Positions 13,616-22,481 of a stretch of 28,819 nt of DNA are shown one piece after another. How positions within the stretch are numbered: the first letter of the stretch is position 1; every line of letters begins with the position of its first letter. The position numbers and the translations under genes were made by a program. Under the pieces are notes generated by a model that did not search any database, was not told where the DNA came from, and was given only the letters and a program-made list of their open reading frames with translations. The DNA comes from an uncultured Gammaproteobacteria bacterium (lineage in GTDB: Bacteria; Patescibacteriota; Patescibacteriia; Magasanikbacterales; UBA922), in NCBI GenBank assembly GCA_964401185.1, contig CAYNXQ010000001.1, positions 1 through 28,819 on the forward strand, read 5' to 3'.

Positions 13616-14784
13616 TTGCGAGAGGGAACAAGCGTGTCGATTGCTGGGCGACCGACGATAGAACGGTAGAGAGCAATCGTGTCTTTGGTTACGCGGTCCC
13701 AATCATAGCGCACCTCCACTGCAGCGCGATTGGCTGCTCCTTGCAGTCGGCGCGTTTCTTCGTCGAGTGTCAAGAGATGGAACAGCGAGACAATCAGCGC
13801 ATCGGCATTGCCGTGAGCAAACAGACTGTTGGAATCATTGGTCAGCTCGCGATGTTCTGGAATATCAGACAAGAGGACTGGCAGGCGGTGGCTCATGGCT
13901 TCAAGCACAACCATCGGCATGCCCTCATTGAGTGATGGGTGCACAAAGGCGTAGGCATGGGCATAGAGTGTGTCGAGCGTGGCGCCATGCTGGTAGCCAG
14001 TAAAAACAATGCGTGGATTATTTTTGGCAAGATTTTTCAGCTCGGCAGTATACGCATCGGTATAATGACCTTCGCCAACAATCACGAGTTTCTTTTCTTC
14101 CACAAGCTCTGGTTTGGTGGCGCACAGTTCGTTCCAAGCAGCAATCAACTGGTGCAAATTTTTGTGCGGGATAAATCGAGAAACCGAAAGCAGGTATTGT
14201 CCTGGCACAAGACTCCATTCTTTTAGCGCATCGGTATTTGCCTCAAATGGAGTGGGCAGAGTGACACCGTTTGGGATATAGGTTGCGCGCTGATCATAGA
14301 CATCACGAGCATATTGCTCCAGAGTGCGTGAAACCACAATCGTCTTGTCCGAGAGACTGCAGGCAGCCCATTCACCGATCTTCAAAATGTAGCGAGCAAA
14401 AGTACCCCATTTGGCATGCTTGCGGTCAATGCAGTGGAAGGTTGTAACCACAGCCGTTCGAGGAGCAAAAATTTTTGGGATCCAGGACAAAAGTGCGGGG
14501 CCAACGCCATGGTAGTGGATCACGTCAAAGTGTCCACGCAAAGCATCAAGTGTTGCAAAAAAAGTAGCGCTGACAGTATCAAGATGCTTGGTGTGAATAC
14601 TGCCGGTATTTTTGACCGTTACGCCATGAATGGTAGCGTCCCCAGTTTTGGTATACCAGGGGCGTCCATAGACGGTCACTTCGTGGCCATAACGAACCAG
14701 GCGCACAGCAAGCTCTTGCACGTGGCGCTCGACGCCGCCATTTACGGCCGGCATACCCTTTTGTCCAATCATGGCAATTTTCAT
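13612..14784 (-). CDS. glycosyltransferase family 4 (GT-B)
   Basis: MKIAMIGQKG.P...GGVERHV.EL, IPNGV, SRFIPHKN, HPSLNEGMPMVVLEAMS. Confidence 0.93.
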   Translation of the reverse strand: MKIAMIGQKGMPAVNGGVERHVQELAVRLVRYGHEVTVYGRPWYTKTGDATIHGVTVKNTGSIHTKHLDTVSATFFATLDALRGHFDVIHYHGVGPALLSWIPKIFAPRTAVVTTFHCIDRKHAKWGTFARYILKIGEWAACSLSDKTIVVSRTLEQYARDVYDQRATYIPNGVTLPTPFEANTDALKEWSLVPGQYLLSVSRFIPHKNLHQLIAAWNELCATKPELVEEKKLVIVGEGHYTDAYTAELKNLAKNNPRIVFTGYQHGATLDTLYAHAYAFVHPSLNEGMPMVVLEAMSHRLPVLLSDIPEHRELTNDSNSLFAHGNADALIVSLFHLLTLDEETRRLQGAANRAAVEVRYDWDRVTKDTIALYRSIVGRPAIDTLVPSRN

Positions 14785-14836
14785 ACGTTTTTTTGGCTAT
14801 TTCTAGCCATTTTTGTCTTCCAAACAGAGACTGTTC

Positions 14837-14865
14837 ATCTTATCATTTTTCTCCTTATCTGTCAA
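14837..14865 (-). promoter_or_regulatory. sigma70 promoter for the GT4 gene
   Basis: Minus strand TTGACA (14865-14860)-N17-TAAGAT (14842-14837) with TGn. Confidence 0.65.
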
Positions 14866-14925
14866 GTACGCCTGGGGATGAAAAACAATCAAAAAATCGC
14901 CCTGGGTTTTTGGCGATTTTTTGGC

Positions 14926-15285
14926 TTATTTGATGGGGTTTTCTGGGAGCACTGGATCAGTAATGGGTGTGGGTTCAGCGTGCTTCTTTACACTCTTGGC
15001 GCTTGGGGAGTAGAGGGTGTTTTTTATCTTCCATTTCTCGACATATTGGCCAATGCCAGACTGGTCAGTTTTGTTCTTGACTGTGGTTTTGGCTTGGGAC
15101 CAGCGGACCAGACTCTCGAAGTTGATCTTGTAGCGTCCAGCGACGACCACGTAGGTGATCTCTTGGGCCTTGATGGCACGGCGAATCGTCTGGGCATTGA
15201 CGCCAAAGAGGCGAGCGGCTTCGGAGATCGAGACACGAATGATCTCCTTTTCTGTATTGGTTGCTGGGTTCAGCATATCTGCCAT
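14926..15285 (-). CDS. HTH_17 / excisionase-MerR-like winged HTH DNA-binding protein (119 aa)
   Basis: VSISEAARLFGVNAQTIRRAIKAQEI......GRYKINFESLVRW. Confidence 0.85.
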   Translation of the reverse strand: MADMLNPATNTEKEIIRVSISEAARLFGVNAQTIRRAIKAQEITYVVVAGRYKINFESLVRWSQAKTTVKNKTDQSGIGQYVEKWKIKNTLYSPSAKSVKKHAEPTPITDPVLPENPIK

Positions 15286-15315
15286 AGAGCCATTTGTCTA
15301 AGTAAGTCTATACAA

Positions 15316-15344
15316 ATATTAGCATTTATCTTCTCTTTTGTCAA
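15316..15344 (-). promoter_or_regulatory. sigma70 promoter for the HTH gene
   Basis: Minus strand TTGACA (15344-15339)-N17-TAATAT (15321-15316) with TGn. Confidence 0.7.
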
Positions 15345-15434
15345 CAGTCTATTGGGCAGCTTATTTTTGGCGCTTTTTTGTTTGTTCTTGTGGATATCTT
15401 TTTGTTTTCCAATATTACTGATGTTTTTCTTTAT

Positions 15435-15522
15435 TTGTATACAATAGTGTATACAATATTTATAATTTTTTAAGCTATTTTACTTGCAAAAGTCTACGAT
15501 TTGTATACTATTGTTTATACAA
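15435..15522. promoter_or_regulatory. two 22-bp operator-like sites TTGTATA-N8-TATACAA
   Basis: TTGTATACAATAGTGTATACAA (15435-15456) and TTGTATACTATTGTTTATACAA (15501-15522) in the AT-rich spacer between the divergent HTH and ECF genes. Confidence 0.6.
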
Positions 15523-15642
15523 AATATAGGATAGATCTGTCATTTTTATTTTTTTGTGTGTATTATCAATGGATATATTTTACTTTTTGACCGAAATCAG
15601 CTATACTTTCGGCTATCTCTTTGGGCCCCATGACTGCATGGG

Positions 15643-15670
15643 TGTAACATTTTGGCTAGATCCACGTCTA
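15643..15670 (+). promoter_or_regulatory. ECF-type promoter directly before the ECF sigma start codon
   Basis: TGTAAC (15643-15648)-N16-CGTCTA (15665-15670), resembling Bacillus SigW/SigX/SigM-type TG(A/T)AAC-N16-CGT/CGA promoters. Confidence 0.65.
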
Positions 15671-15675
15671 TTTAT

Positions 15676-16227
15676 ATGAAGAACTTGGTAAGAGAAAAAT
15701 TGCTCCTCTACAAAGTTCGAGTCGACAAAGACGCGGATGCTTTTGCAGAGTTGTACGACTTGTATGTGGAGCCAGTCTACCGGTTCGTTTTTTTCAAAAT
15801 TTCACACAAAGAAGAAGCCGAGGATTTGGTCAGCGATGTCTTCTTGCGCTCCTGGCAGTATTTGGTAGATGCCAACAAAGAAGATGTTCGAAACTTTAGC
15901 AGTCTGGTATATACGATTGCTCGGCGTCGGATTGTCGATGTATATCGGGATCGTTCCAAGCGCCAAGAGTCGTCTATTGATAGCGTTGGAGAGATAGTAG
16001 ATCAAGATACTGGCCACGACATCATGATCCAATCCGAAGATGCCAAACGGTTGCTTGGCCTGGTACATTCTCTCAAACAGGAATATCAGGAAGCCATTTT
16101 GCTCCGCTATGTGGAAGGATTTCCTTTGAGTGAGGTGGCGGCGATCATGGGCAAAAGTCCAACCAGTATCCGAGTGACCATTCATCGCGCGATAAAAAAA
16201 TTGAAAAGCCTATCCCAAATGTCATGA
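15676..16227 (+). CDS. RNA polymerase ECF sigma factor (183 aa)
   Basis: DAFAELYDLY...VYRFVF, EEAEDLVSDVFLRSW, LVYTIARRRIVD; region 4 L..EYQEAILLRY.EGFPLSEVA.IMGKS...IRV.IHRA.KKL. Confidence 0.95.
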   Translation: MKNLVREKLLLYKVRVDKDADAFAELYDLYVEPVYRFVFFKISHKEEAEDLVSDVFLRSWQYLVDANKEDVRNFSSLVYTIARRRIVDVYRDRSKRQESSIDSVGEIVDQDTGHDIMIQSEDAKRLLGLVHSLKQEYQEAILLRYVEGFPLSEVAAIMGKSPTSIRVTIHRAIKKLKSLSQMS

Positions 16228-17534
16228 ACCGGAACACGATTGAACAATTGAAGACGCTGCGACACGAACACGGCCAGATCAACCCTGACCGTGATTGGGT
16301 TTTGCGCAATCGTGAGACTTTGCTTCATCAAATTCAAAATACAGTTGAAACCAATGGACGGAAGCTGTGGAATGTTGATTATGTTTCCAATGCATTGGGG
16401 CAAATAACTTCTCTTTTTCTTCCAACCCAGATTGTCGCTATGGGACGATCGGCTGCCATCCTTATTCTTGTTTTTTCTATGGCAATTGGCGGGTGGATTA
16501 CTTCGGCTTCTGCAGCGAGCAGTCTTCCGGGAGAACCGCTCTATCACGTGAAGATGGCCAAGGAACAAACCGAACTTTTGGTGGTATCGGTGGTGGGCAC
16601 AGAAACAGACAAAGTGAATACACTGCTCCAGCATGCTTCCAACCGTGTAGAGGAATATCAAAAATCCAAATCACCTGCACAGGCAACTCAGGCCATTCAA
16701 TCGCTCAAAGAATCCATTCAATCGACCAAAGACAGTCTTACCAATATTTCCACATCCGATCCAGCCGCTACCGGCCTTGCCCAGACAGTCAATGATAAAA
16801 CAGATCAATTGCTTCAGTCGCTTAGCGCAACTTCTACAGCTTCAACCAATACCTCCACGACCGGAATCTTGGTAGGTACCGATCACACTGATGCGGTAGC
16901 TCTGCAAAAGGAAGTTGGAGAAGCAGCACACCTTATCGCCGTCACAGGGGTGAAGGCGGCCGAAGTTTTGGTTCAGAAAAATTTGGATGGCGATCAGAGT
17001 ATTGATTTGAATGAAGTCAAGGCGAATGTGGAGAAAAAACTGGATACTATAGTGACAGATTTTTCGCAGATAAATAAAGATGCCGCTGTGGTTGCCTCGA
17101 GTACTTCGCCCAATTCCGGCGCTACTACCACAATTCCATTTTCATTGATTCCAGTCGTGCCAGCCAGTCTAGTCTCAACGACAGTCGTATCAACCACTAT
17201 TAATGCGAATGCTTCATCGACAATTACTGTAGCTCAAGCCATCAAGGTGACAGAACAGACAGTAGGAGATGCGAACAAAATTGTCCAAAAAACAGTTGCT
17301 GAAGCCAAGACGATGATCGGTAACAATGATTTGCTGGGAGCTCTGCAGAAAGTTCAGGAATTGGCTACGGTAAAAAAGGATACGGCTACAGTGGTAATTG
17401 ATGCCCAGGCCGTGGCCGATACGATTTCACAATCAGCAATTCAGGCAACTACCAGTTCCAGTGGCACTGGGATTGCGCCAGTGAATGGAGTAAGTACAAC
17501 CACGACAACCAAACCACTCGGCGGATTGAAATAA
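16224..17534 (+). CDS. putative anti-sigma factor: short N-terminal helix, TM, DUF5667-like domain, Ser/Thr-rich tail (436 aa)
   Basis: ATGA-coupled to the ECF sigma; SLPGEPLYHVKMAKE motif after the TM; low-complexity S/T tracts. Confidence 0.72.
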   Translation: MNRNTIEQLKTLRHEHGQINPDRDWVLRNRETLLHQIQNTVETNGRKLWNVDYVSNALGQITSLFLPTQIVAMGRSAAILILVFSMAIGGWITSASAASSLPGEPLYHVKMAKEQTELLVVSVVGTETDKVNTLLQHASNRVEEYQKSKSPAQATQAIQSLKESIQSTKDSLTNISTSDPAATGLAQTVNDKTDQLLQSLSATSTASTNTSTTGILVGTDHTDAVALQKEVGEAAHLIAVTGVKAAEVLVQKNLDGDQSIDLNEVKANVEKKLDTIVTDFSQINKDAAVVASSTSPNSGATTTIPFSLIPVVPASLVSTTVVSTTINANASSTITVAQAIKVTEQTVGDANKIVQKTVAEAKTMIGNNDLLGALQKVQELATVKKDTATVVIDAQAVADTISQSAIQATTSSSGTGIAPVNGVSTTTTTKPLGGLK

Positions 17535-17859
17535 CTCTTGGGTAGATTGATCTATTGATTCATCGATAGATCAGATGTGCACAAGAGCACAGCCTCCGTT
17601 CGCGGAGTGCATATTATTCAATTGTATTCCTGGTACTGTACGGCGATTGTTTGCTCGCGACTGGGCGGACGATCGCCATACAGTATATTCCTTTCGTGTC
17701 ATACGAATGGCAGGCGGTGTCTCCGACCGAATTCGGGGATAGTATAGATCAAAGGTCGAGGCCCATGCGGTCGTTCTATACTGGCTAGTGTTATTACCAG
17801 AGGGTAAAGACATTCCAACAATAGTTGGATGCGCAATACGCTCTGGGTTTATCTAAACT
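17535..17859 (+). ncRNA. highly structured intergenic RNA / probable long 5' leader of the S-layer-like gene
   Basis: At least six hairpins, several with GU pairs: 17549-17572, 17594-17607 (UUCG loop), 17634-17685, 17741-17782, 17814-17829, and an outer pair 17797-17802/17841-17846. Confidence 0.5.
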
Positions 17860-20800
17860 ATGAATAATGCATTACAAATCGGGAAGAAAGCTCTGACCTG
17901 GTCTGTCGTGATCCTCACTATTCTCTGGAGCATGGGCATTGCCGCCTTGGCGCCATTGGCTGCCAAAGCCGCGACCTGTCCAACACTTCAGGCTGGTGAC
18001 CTGTTCAAGGTCCCAGGAAATAGCGCAGTGTATCTCCTCAACGCCAACATGCAGCGCTTGTATTTCCCACACGCGAATATCTATCACTCATGGTACACGG
18101 ATTATTCTGGCGTTCAGGAAATCCCAACATCATGTGTGGACGCATATCCAGCACCAAGCGCACCTCCATTTGGGGTGAACTATCGTCCTGGATCGATGCT
18201 TGTGAAAGTACAAATCTCACCAAGTGTATACGTGGTTGAACCAGGCAATACTCTTGCCAAGATCACCAGCGAATCAGTCGCTTCAGCCCTTTACGGAAGT
18301 AACTGGGCAGGTCAAGTAGCTGACGTTGCTGATGTGTTCTGGCCAAACTACGCCAATCGAGCTGCCGATATTACTGACGCCGTACCACCAAATGGTATGT
18401 TGCTCAAAGTATCAGGTGGTTCTGTCTATTATGTGAGTGGTGGTATGAAACATTTGGTTGATGGCAGTGTTGCCGCTTCCGCTGTTCATATCGTCTCACA
18501 GGCAGTCCTCAATGCAGTTGGAACTGCATCGGACTCGGTCACCGCTGCCAGTATTTGGAGCAATCCATCACAGGGTATGGGTGGTTCCACGAGTGTTCCA
18601 GGTCCAATCGTTGGACAAGGTGGCTCACTCTCGGTCTCACTCGCTGCAGATACTCCAGACGGGACGACCTACGCAGTTGCCAATGCTGCTCGTGTTCCAT
18701 TCACGAAAGTGAATTTCACGAACAACAGTGGTCATGACATTGTCATTGATTCCATGAGAATCATTCGCGACGGTTCACCCGCCAAGAATGCCGACTTCAA
18801 CACGATCAATGCAATTGATGCCAATGGCAACTTGCTCAACGACACAGGCAAGACATTGAACTCCGACAACTACGCGACCTTTACTGAAGATGTCACTATC
18901 CCAGCAAATTCAACCAAAGCGTTGACATTTGTTGGCGACATCGCCAGTTCCGTTGGTAACGGCGACGTTCCAACCATCGACTTGACTATGGTTACTCCAG
19001 CTGACCCAACCGTCACTGTGAGTGGTCTGCCAGTCCATGGCAATCGCGTGACCATGAACAACAACGTCGCTCTTGGTACAGTTACACTGGCCGAGGGTAC
19101 GGTGATTGGATCAGTCACAAAAGAAGTTGGCGCGACCAATGTTGATTTGGCAAGTCTGAAGATTTCGGTTGCTACGAATGACTTCCAAGTAAGTCGTATT
19201 GTGCTCTACAACTCAAGTACTGCCGCCGATGGCGATGTGCAGAACTTCCAGTTGAAGTACAACAACAATCTGATTGTCAAAGGAACCATGAAGAACAAAT
19301 ATCTCACCTTTGATTTGTCAGCTTGCGGATCGGATTGTATGATCCAGAAGGGAAACAACAAAACCTTCGGGGTTACCGGTGATATTATCGGCGGCTCTGG
19401 TCGCTCGATCAAGCTCACTGTGCTCAAGGCCGTCCATGTGTTGGTATGGGACAAGTTGAACAACTACTATGTCACTCCAACCAACAATGCCACTGCCATG
19501 AACAATCAGGTGACGATCTCGACCGGGAAATTGGCGGTCTCCAAGACCAACGATATCCCATCGAGCAATGTCCCAACCAATTCCAGCAATGTTGCGCTCG
19601 GTACCTTTGACTTCCGCGTCACTGGTGAACCAGTCGAAATTCGTACCTTGGTCTTCAAGGTAACGACTACTGGTACTCTCGTGCCAACCGGAATTGATTC
19701 CATTGTGCTCTACGATGCCAATGGCAAGGCGCTCAACGGCGGCGTGGATGCCGTCGGCGCAGCCAGTCCAGGATATGCCACCACAACCGACAGTTTTGTA
19801 CTGCCAGTCGGTGACAATATCCTCACAGTCAAAGCCAAGATCGACAACACACCAGTCAATGGTGATACTGTCTCGATCGGCATTGATATGAGCAACACCT
19901 CGAACTTCGATGCTCGTGGTAGCTCAACAGGGGATGTCGTAACGCTTGGTACATACGCAACGCCAAATTCGGTGGTTTCGGGTAACACCATGACCATCAA
20001 TACAGCGGCTCTGCGCATGACCACGCTCTCGACTCCAGCCTCGACCACCTACGCTGGTGGTACCAATGATATTATCTGTGAAAAGGTGCTCCTTGATGCC
20101 AACGGTTCATCCGAAGACCTCAAAGTGACACAATTCCAGATGATCGATACGCCATACAGTGGCGCCAAGACTCAAGACTTGCAGAATATTCGTCTGTTTG
20201 TCGACAAGGATGGCGACAGCTACAATGGTGTCGGATCTGACACAGCCCTCTCCAATGTTCAAAGTGGTTCAACTGCGACTGTCAATACAGCCGAGACAAT
20301 CACGTGGAACTTGAGTGGTTCTGATCAGTTCATCATCAAAGCAGGCAAGAAAGTGGTGGTTACAGTGAAATGTAACTTGACCGGCGGCGCATCTGTTGGT
20401 ACACATCGTCTCCACAGTGATGGATCAAGCAACGTGACGTTGACTGGTATCATAAGTGGCAGTTCGGTGGTCCCAGTGGTTGACGCAGCCCAGGGACAAG
20501 GTGTCTCGGTCGGCACAGCTGGCGGTACGGTCCAGGTATCGATTGATGCCTCGAGTCCAACTGCTTCACAGTTGTACCCAGGCGGCTCACAGGGTGTGAC
20601 GCTCGCTGCTTTCAACTTCTATGCCACAACGACAGAAGATGTTGAAGTGCAGACGATCAACTTCACCCAGCGTGTCACCGACACCAATAGTGCTGCGTTC
20701 CAGGATTACGATTTGCTCTACCTCGTTGACCAGAATGGCAATGTGGTCGGATCAGTCGTGCCAACCAGTACCAAGCCAACGATCACGATGAATACGAAAG

Positions 20801-21639
20801 CATTTATCGTCAATCGTACGACCAGTAATGGTCAGATCTTGTATCTCAAGGCGAACCTTACCAACATCAACCCACAAGGCGTTGTCACTGTTGGCGGTCA
20901 TTCTCTTGGGTTCAACATCGGATCGACTTCTGCCATCGTTGCCAAGGGCAACCAGACTGGCAGTAGTTCTGTTGTCTACTTTGGCAGCAGCGTTCCAAAT
21001 GGCTTGACGCACTACATGTTCAAGGGCACACCAACCGTGACAGTCCTGCCAGTCTCTGGCAAGCTGACCAACGGTTTGGTTGACCTGTTCTCGTTCCAGG
21101 TCGCGGCCAATATGTCCGATATCGATGTCTATAAGTTTAGCTTCGATTTGACGACATCCACAGCCAAGATCAACGCTCTTGAATTGGATGACATCACAGA
21201 CGCGACACAGGTGACGCTCTACACCAGTAGTACAATCAACTGCAATAGCGGCCTGGCAACAGGATACTGCTATATCCGCGTGTTGTTTGATACATCTGGA
21301 AATCAGACCTTCCCACAAACGGGTGGTCAGGCGCGCACGGTCTCGGTGTCCAAACCACGCATCTACGTCTTGCGCGGTACGATTACTGGCAGTGCTTCCG
21401 GTGCTTCAGTATCCACTCGCCTTGCGGGTGATGCGGCAGTTCCGTTGGCCTCCACAATCAAGATTACAAGTTCGCCAATGGCTTCATCGACGGTCATCGA
21501 CACAGATCCAAACAACGACTTTATCTGGTCAGATCGCTCAGCTGGAGCACACGCGACAACGACAAACGACTGGACCAATGGTTACGGAGTTGCAGGGTTG
21601 AACTCTGCTTCGAGTACGCCAGCGGCAGTGTCGCAGTAA
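17860..21639 (+). CDS. large secreted S-layer-like surface protein with six ~150-170-aa beta-rich modules (1259 aa)
   Basis: N-terminal signal/TM; GDLFK...SAVY...R.YFP...Y.SWY.D N-domain; T/S/N/G/V-rich repeats; terminator downstream. Confidence 0.85.
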   Translation: MNNALQIGKKALTWSVVILTILWSMGIAALAPLAAKAATCPTLQAGDLFKVPGNSAVYLLNANMQRLYFPHANIYHSWYTDYSGVQEIPTSCVDAYPAPSAPPFGVNYRPGSMLVKVQISPSVYVVEPGNTLAKITSESVASALYGSNWAGQVADVADVFWPNYANRAADITDAVPPNGMLLKVSGGSVYYVSGGMKHLVDGSVAASAVHIVSQAVLNAVGTASDSVTAASIWSNPSQGMGGSTSVPGPIVGQGGSLSVSLAADTPDGTTYAVANAARVPFTKVNFTNNSGHDIVIDSMRIIRDGSPAKNADFNTINAIDANGNLLNDTGKTLNSDNYATFTEDVTIPANSTKALTFVGDIASSVGNGDVPTIDLTMVTPADPTVTVSGLPVHGNRVTMNNNVALGTVTLAEGTVIGSVTKEVGATNVDLASLKISVATNDFQVSRIVLYNSSTAADGDVQNFQLKYNNNLIVKGTMKNKYLTFDLSACGSDCMIQKGNNKTFGVTGDIIGGSGRSIKLTVLKAVHVLVWDKLNNYYVTPTNNATAMNNQVTISTGKLAVSKTNDIPSSNVPTNSSNVALGTFDFRVTGEPVEIRTLVFKVTTTGTLVPTGIDSIVLYDANGKALNGGVDAVGAASPGYATTTDSFVLPVGDNILTVKAKIDNTPVNGDTVSIGIDMSNTSNFDARGSSTGDVVTLGTYATPNSVVSGNTMTINTAALRMTTLSTPASTTYAGGTNDIICEKVLLDANGSSEDLKVTQFQMIDTPYSGAKTQDLQNIRLFVDKDGDSYNGVGSDTALSNVQSGSTATVNTAETITWNLSGSDQFIIKAGKKVVVTVKCNLTGGASVGTHRLHSDGSSNVTLTGIISGSSVVPVVDAAQGQGVSVGTAGGTVQVSIDASSPTASQLYPGGSQGVTLAAFNFYATTTEDVEVQTINFTQRVTDTNSAAFQDYDLLYLVDQNGNVVGSVVPTSTKPTITMNTKAFIVNRTTSNGQILYLKANLTNINPQGVVTVGGHSLGFNIGSTSAIVAKGNQTGSSSVVYFGSSVPNGLTHYMFKGTPTVTVLPVSGKLTNGLVDLFSFQVAANMSDIDVYKFSFDLTTSTAKINALELDDITDATQVTLYTSSTINCNSGLATGYCYIRVLFDTSGNQTFPQTGGQARTVSVSKPRIYVLRGTITGSASGASVSTRLAGDAAVPLASTIKITSSPMASSTVIDTDPNNDFIWSDRSAGAHATTTNDWTNGYGVAGLNSASSTPAAVSQ

Positions 21640-21682
21640 TCTCATTCTCTTGACTGCCTCGGTAGTCATCCGAATACGCAAT

Positions 21683-21718
21683 ACCCTCCCGACCAAGTCG
21701 GGAGGGTTTGTGTTTTCT
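21683..21718 (+). terminator. intrinsic terminator after the S-layer-like gene
   Basis: ACCCTCCCGAC-CAA-GTCGGGAGGGT followed by TTGTGTTTTCT. Confidence 0.72.
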
Positions 21719-21731
21719 GTGGCTTTGGGGC

Positions 21732-21760
21732 TTGATTTCTTGACGAATCAGTGCTATAGT
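21732..21760 (+). promoter_or_regulatory. sigma70 promoter for the TPR-ligase-ligase operon
   Basis: TTGATT (21732-21737)-N17-TATAGT (21755-21760) with TGn. Confidence 0.65.
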
Positions 21761-21786
21761 GGGGGAGATACTTTTATCTTTTTGCT

Positions 21787-22476
21787 ATGCAAATTTTTTT
21801 CAAATATCGCTGGCCCATCATGATCGCCCTCGTTATCATCCTCGGCGGCGGTTGGTATTTTTTTCATCAAACAAAAACTGCCGAAGTGTCGGTAGCAACT
21901 GATCCATTTGCCAACATCGTGATCCCGGATGTGTATGCCACCGACCCTGCCACCAAACAAGTGATTCAAAACAAGATTGACCTCACCAAAAAACTCTACA
22001 TGGACAAGCCAAATATTTGGGAGACATGGATTGCGATTGGCAATCTAAAATCACTTCTCCAGGATTATCCAGGAGCAGTTGTCGCCTACCAGAAGTCTTT
22101 GGATATTACGGGTAACAATCTGCTGGGCAATCGCAACATTGCCATGATTTACGATCAAAATATTCATGATTATGCCAAAGCCGAAGTGTACTATCGGGCT
22201 GCTATAAAAAGCGATCCAACTGCGAGTGACTTATATATTGCCCTGGCCGAAATGGAATATCAGCGGTTGCAGCGTCCAGATCGGGCCGAATCAGTTTTTC
22301 TTGATGGGCTTGCACAGACCAGTAACAATCCGGAACTCTGGAGTCACATGATCGCTTTTTATCAAGCCACCGGCAACACCACCAAATATGCCGCCGCTGT
22401 TCGCGCGCTTGTTCAGGCCTATCCAAATAATCAAGCGTATCGCCAGAAGTACGCCGATGTGCTCGGCTCCAAATAA
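21787..22476 (+). CDS. membrane-anchored TPR-repeat protein (229 aa)
   Basis: N-terminal TM; TPR-like WIAIGNL...QDYPGAVVAYQKSL and YAKAEVYYRAAIKSDP. Confidence 0.85.
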   Translation: MQIFFKYRWPIMIALVIILGGGWYFFHQTKTAEVSVATDPFANIVIPDVYATDPATKQVIQNKIDLTKKLYMDKPNIWETWIAIGNLKSLLQDYPGAVVAYQKSLDITGNNLLGNRNIAMIYDQNIHDYAKAEVYYRAAIKSDPTASDLYIALAEMEYQRLQRPDRAESVFLDGLAQTSNNPELWSHMIAFYQATGNTTKYAAAVRALVQAYPNNQAYRQKYADVLGSK

Positions 22477-22481
22477 TTTTC

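Noticed and set aside
14926-15285. Excisionase as evidence of a prophage or ICE
   Set aside because: No integrase, att site or phage genes in the window.
17535-17859. RNase P RNA
   Set aside because: No GAGGAAAGUCC or ACAGAA.CCGGCUUA conserved segments found on either strand.
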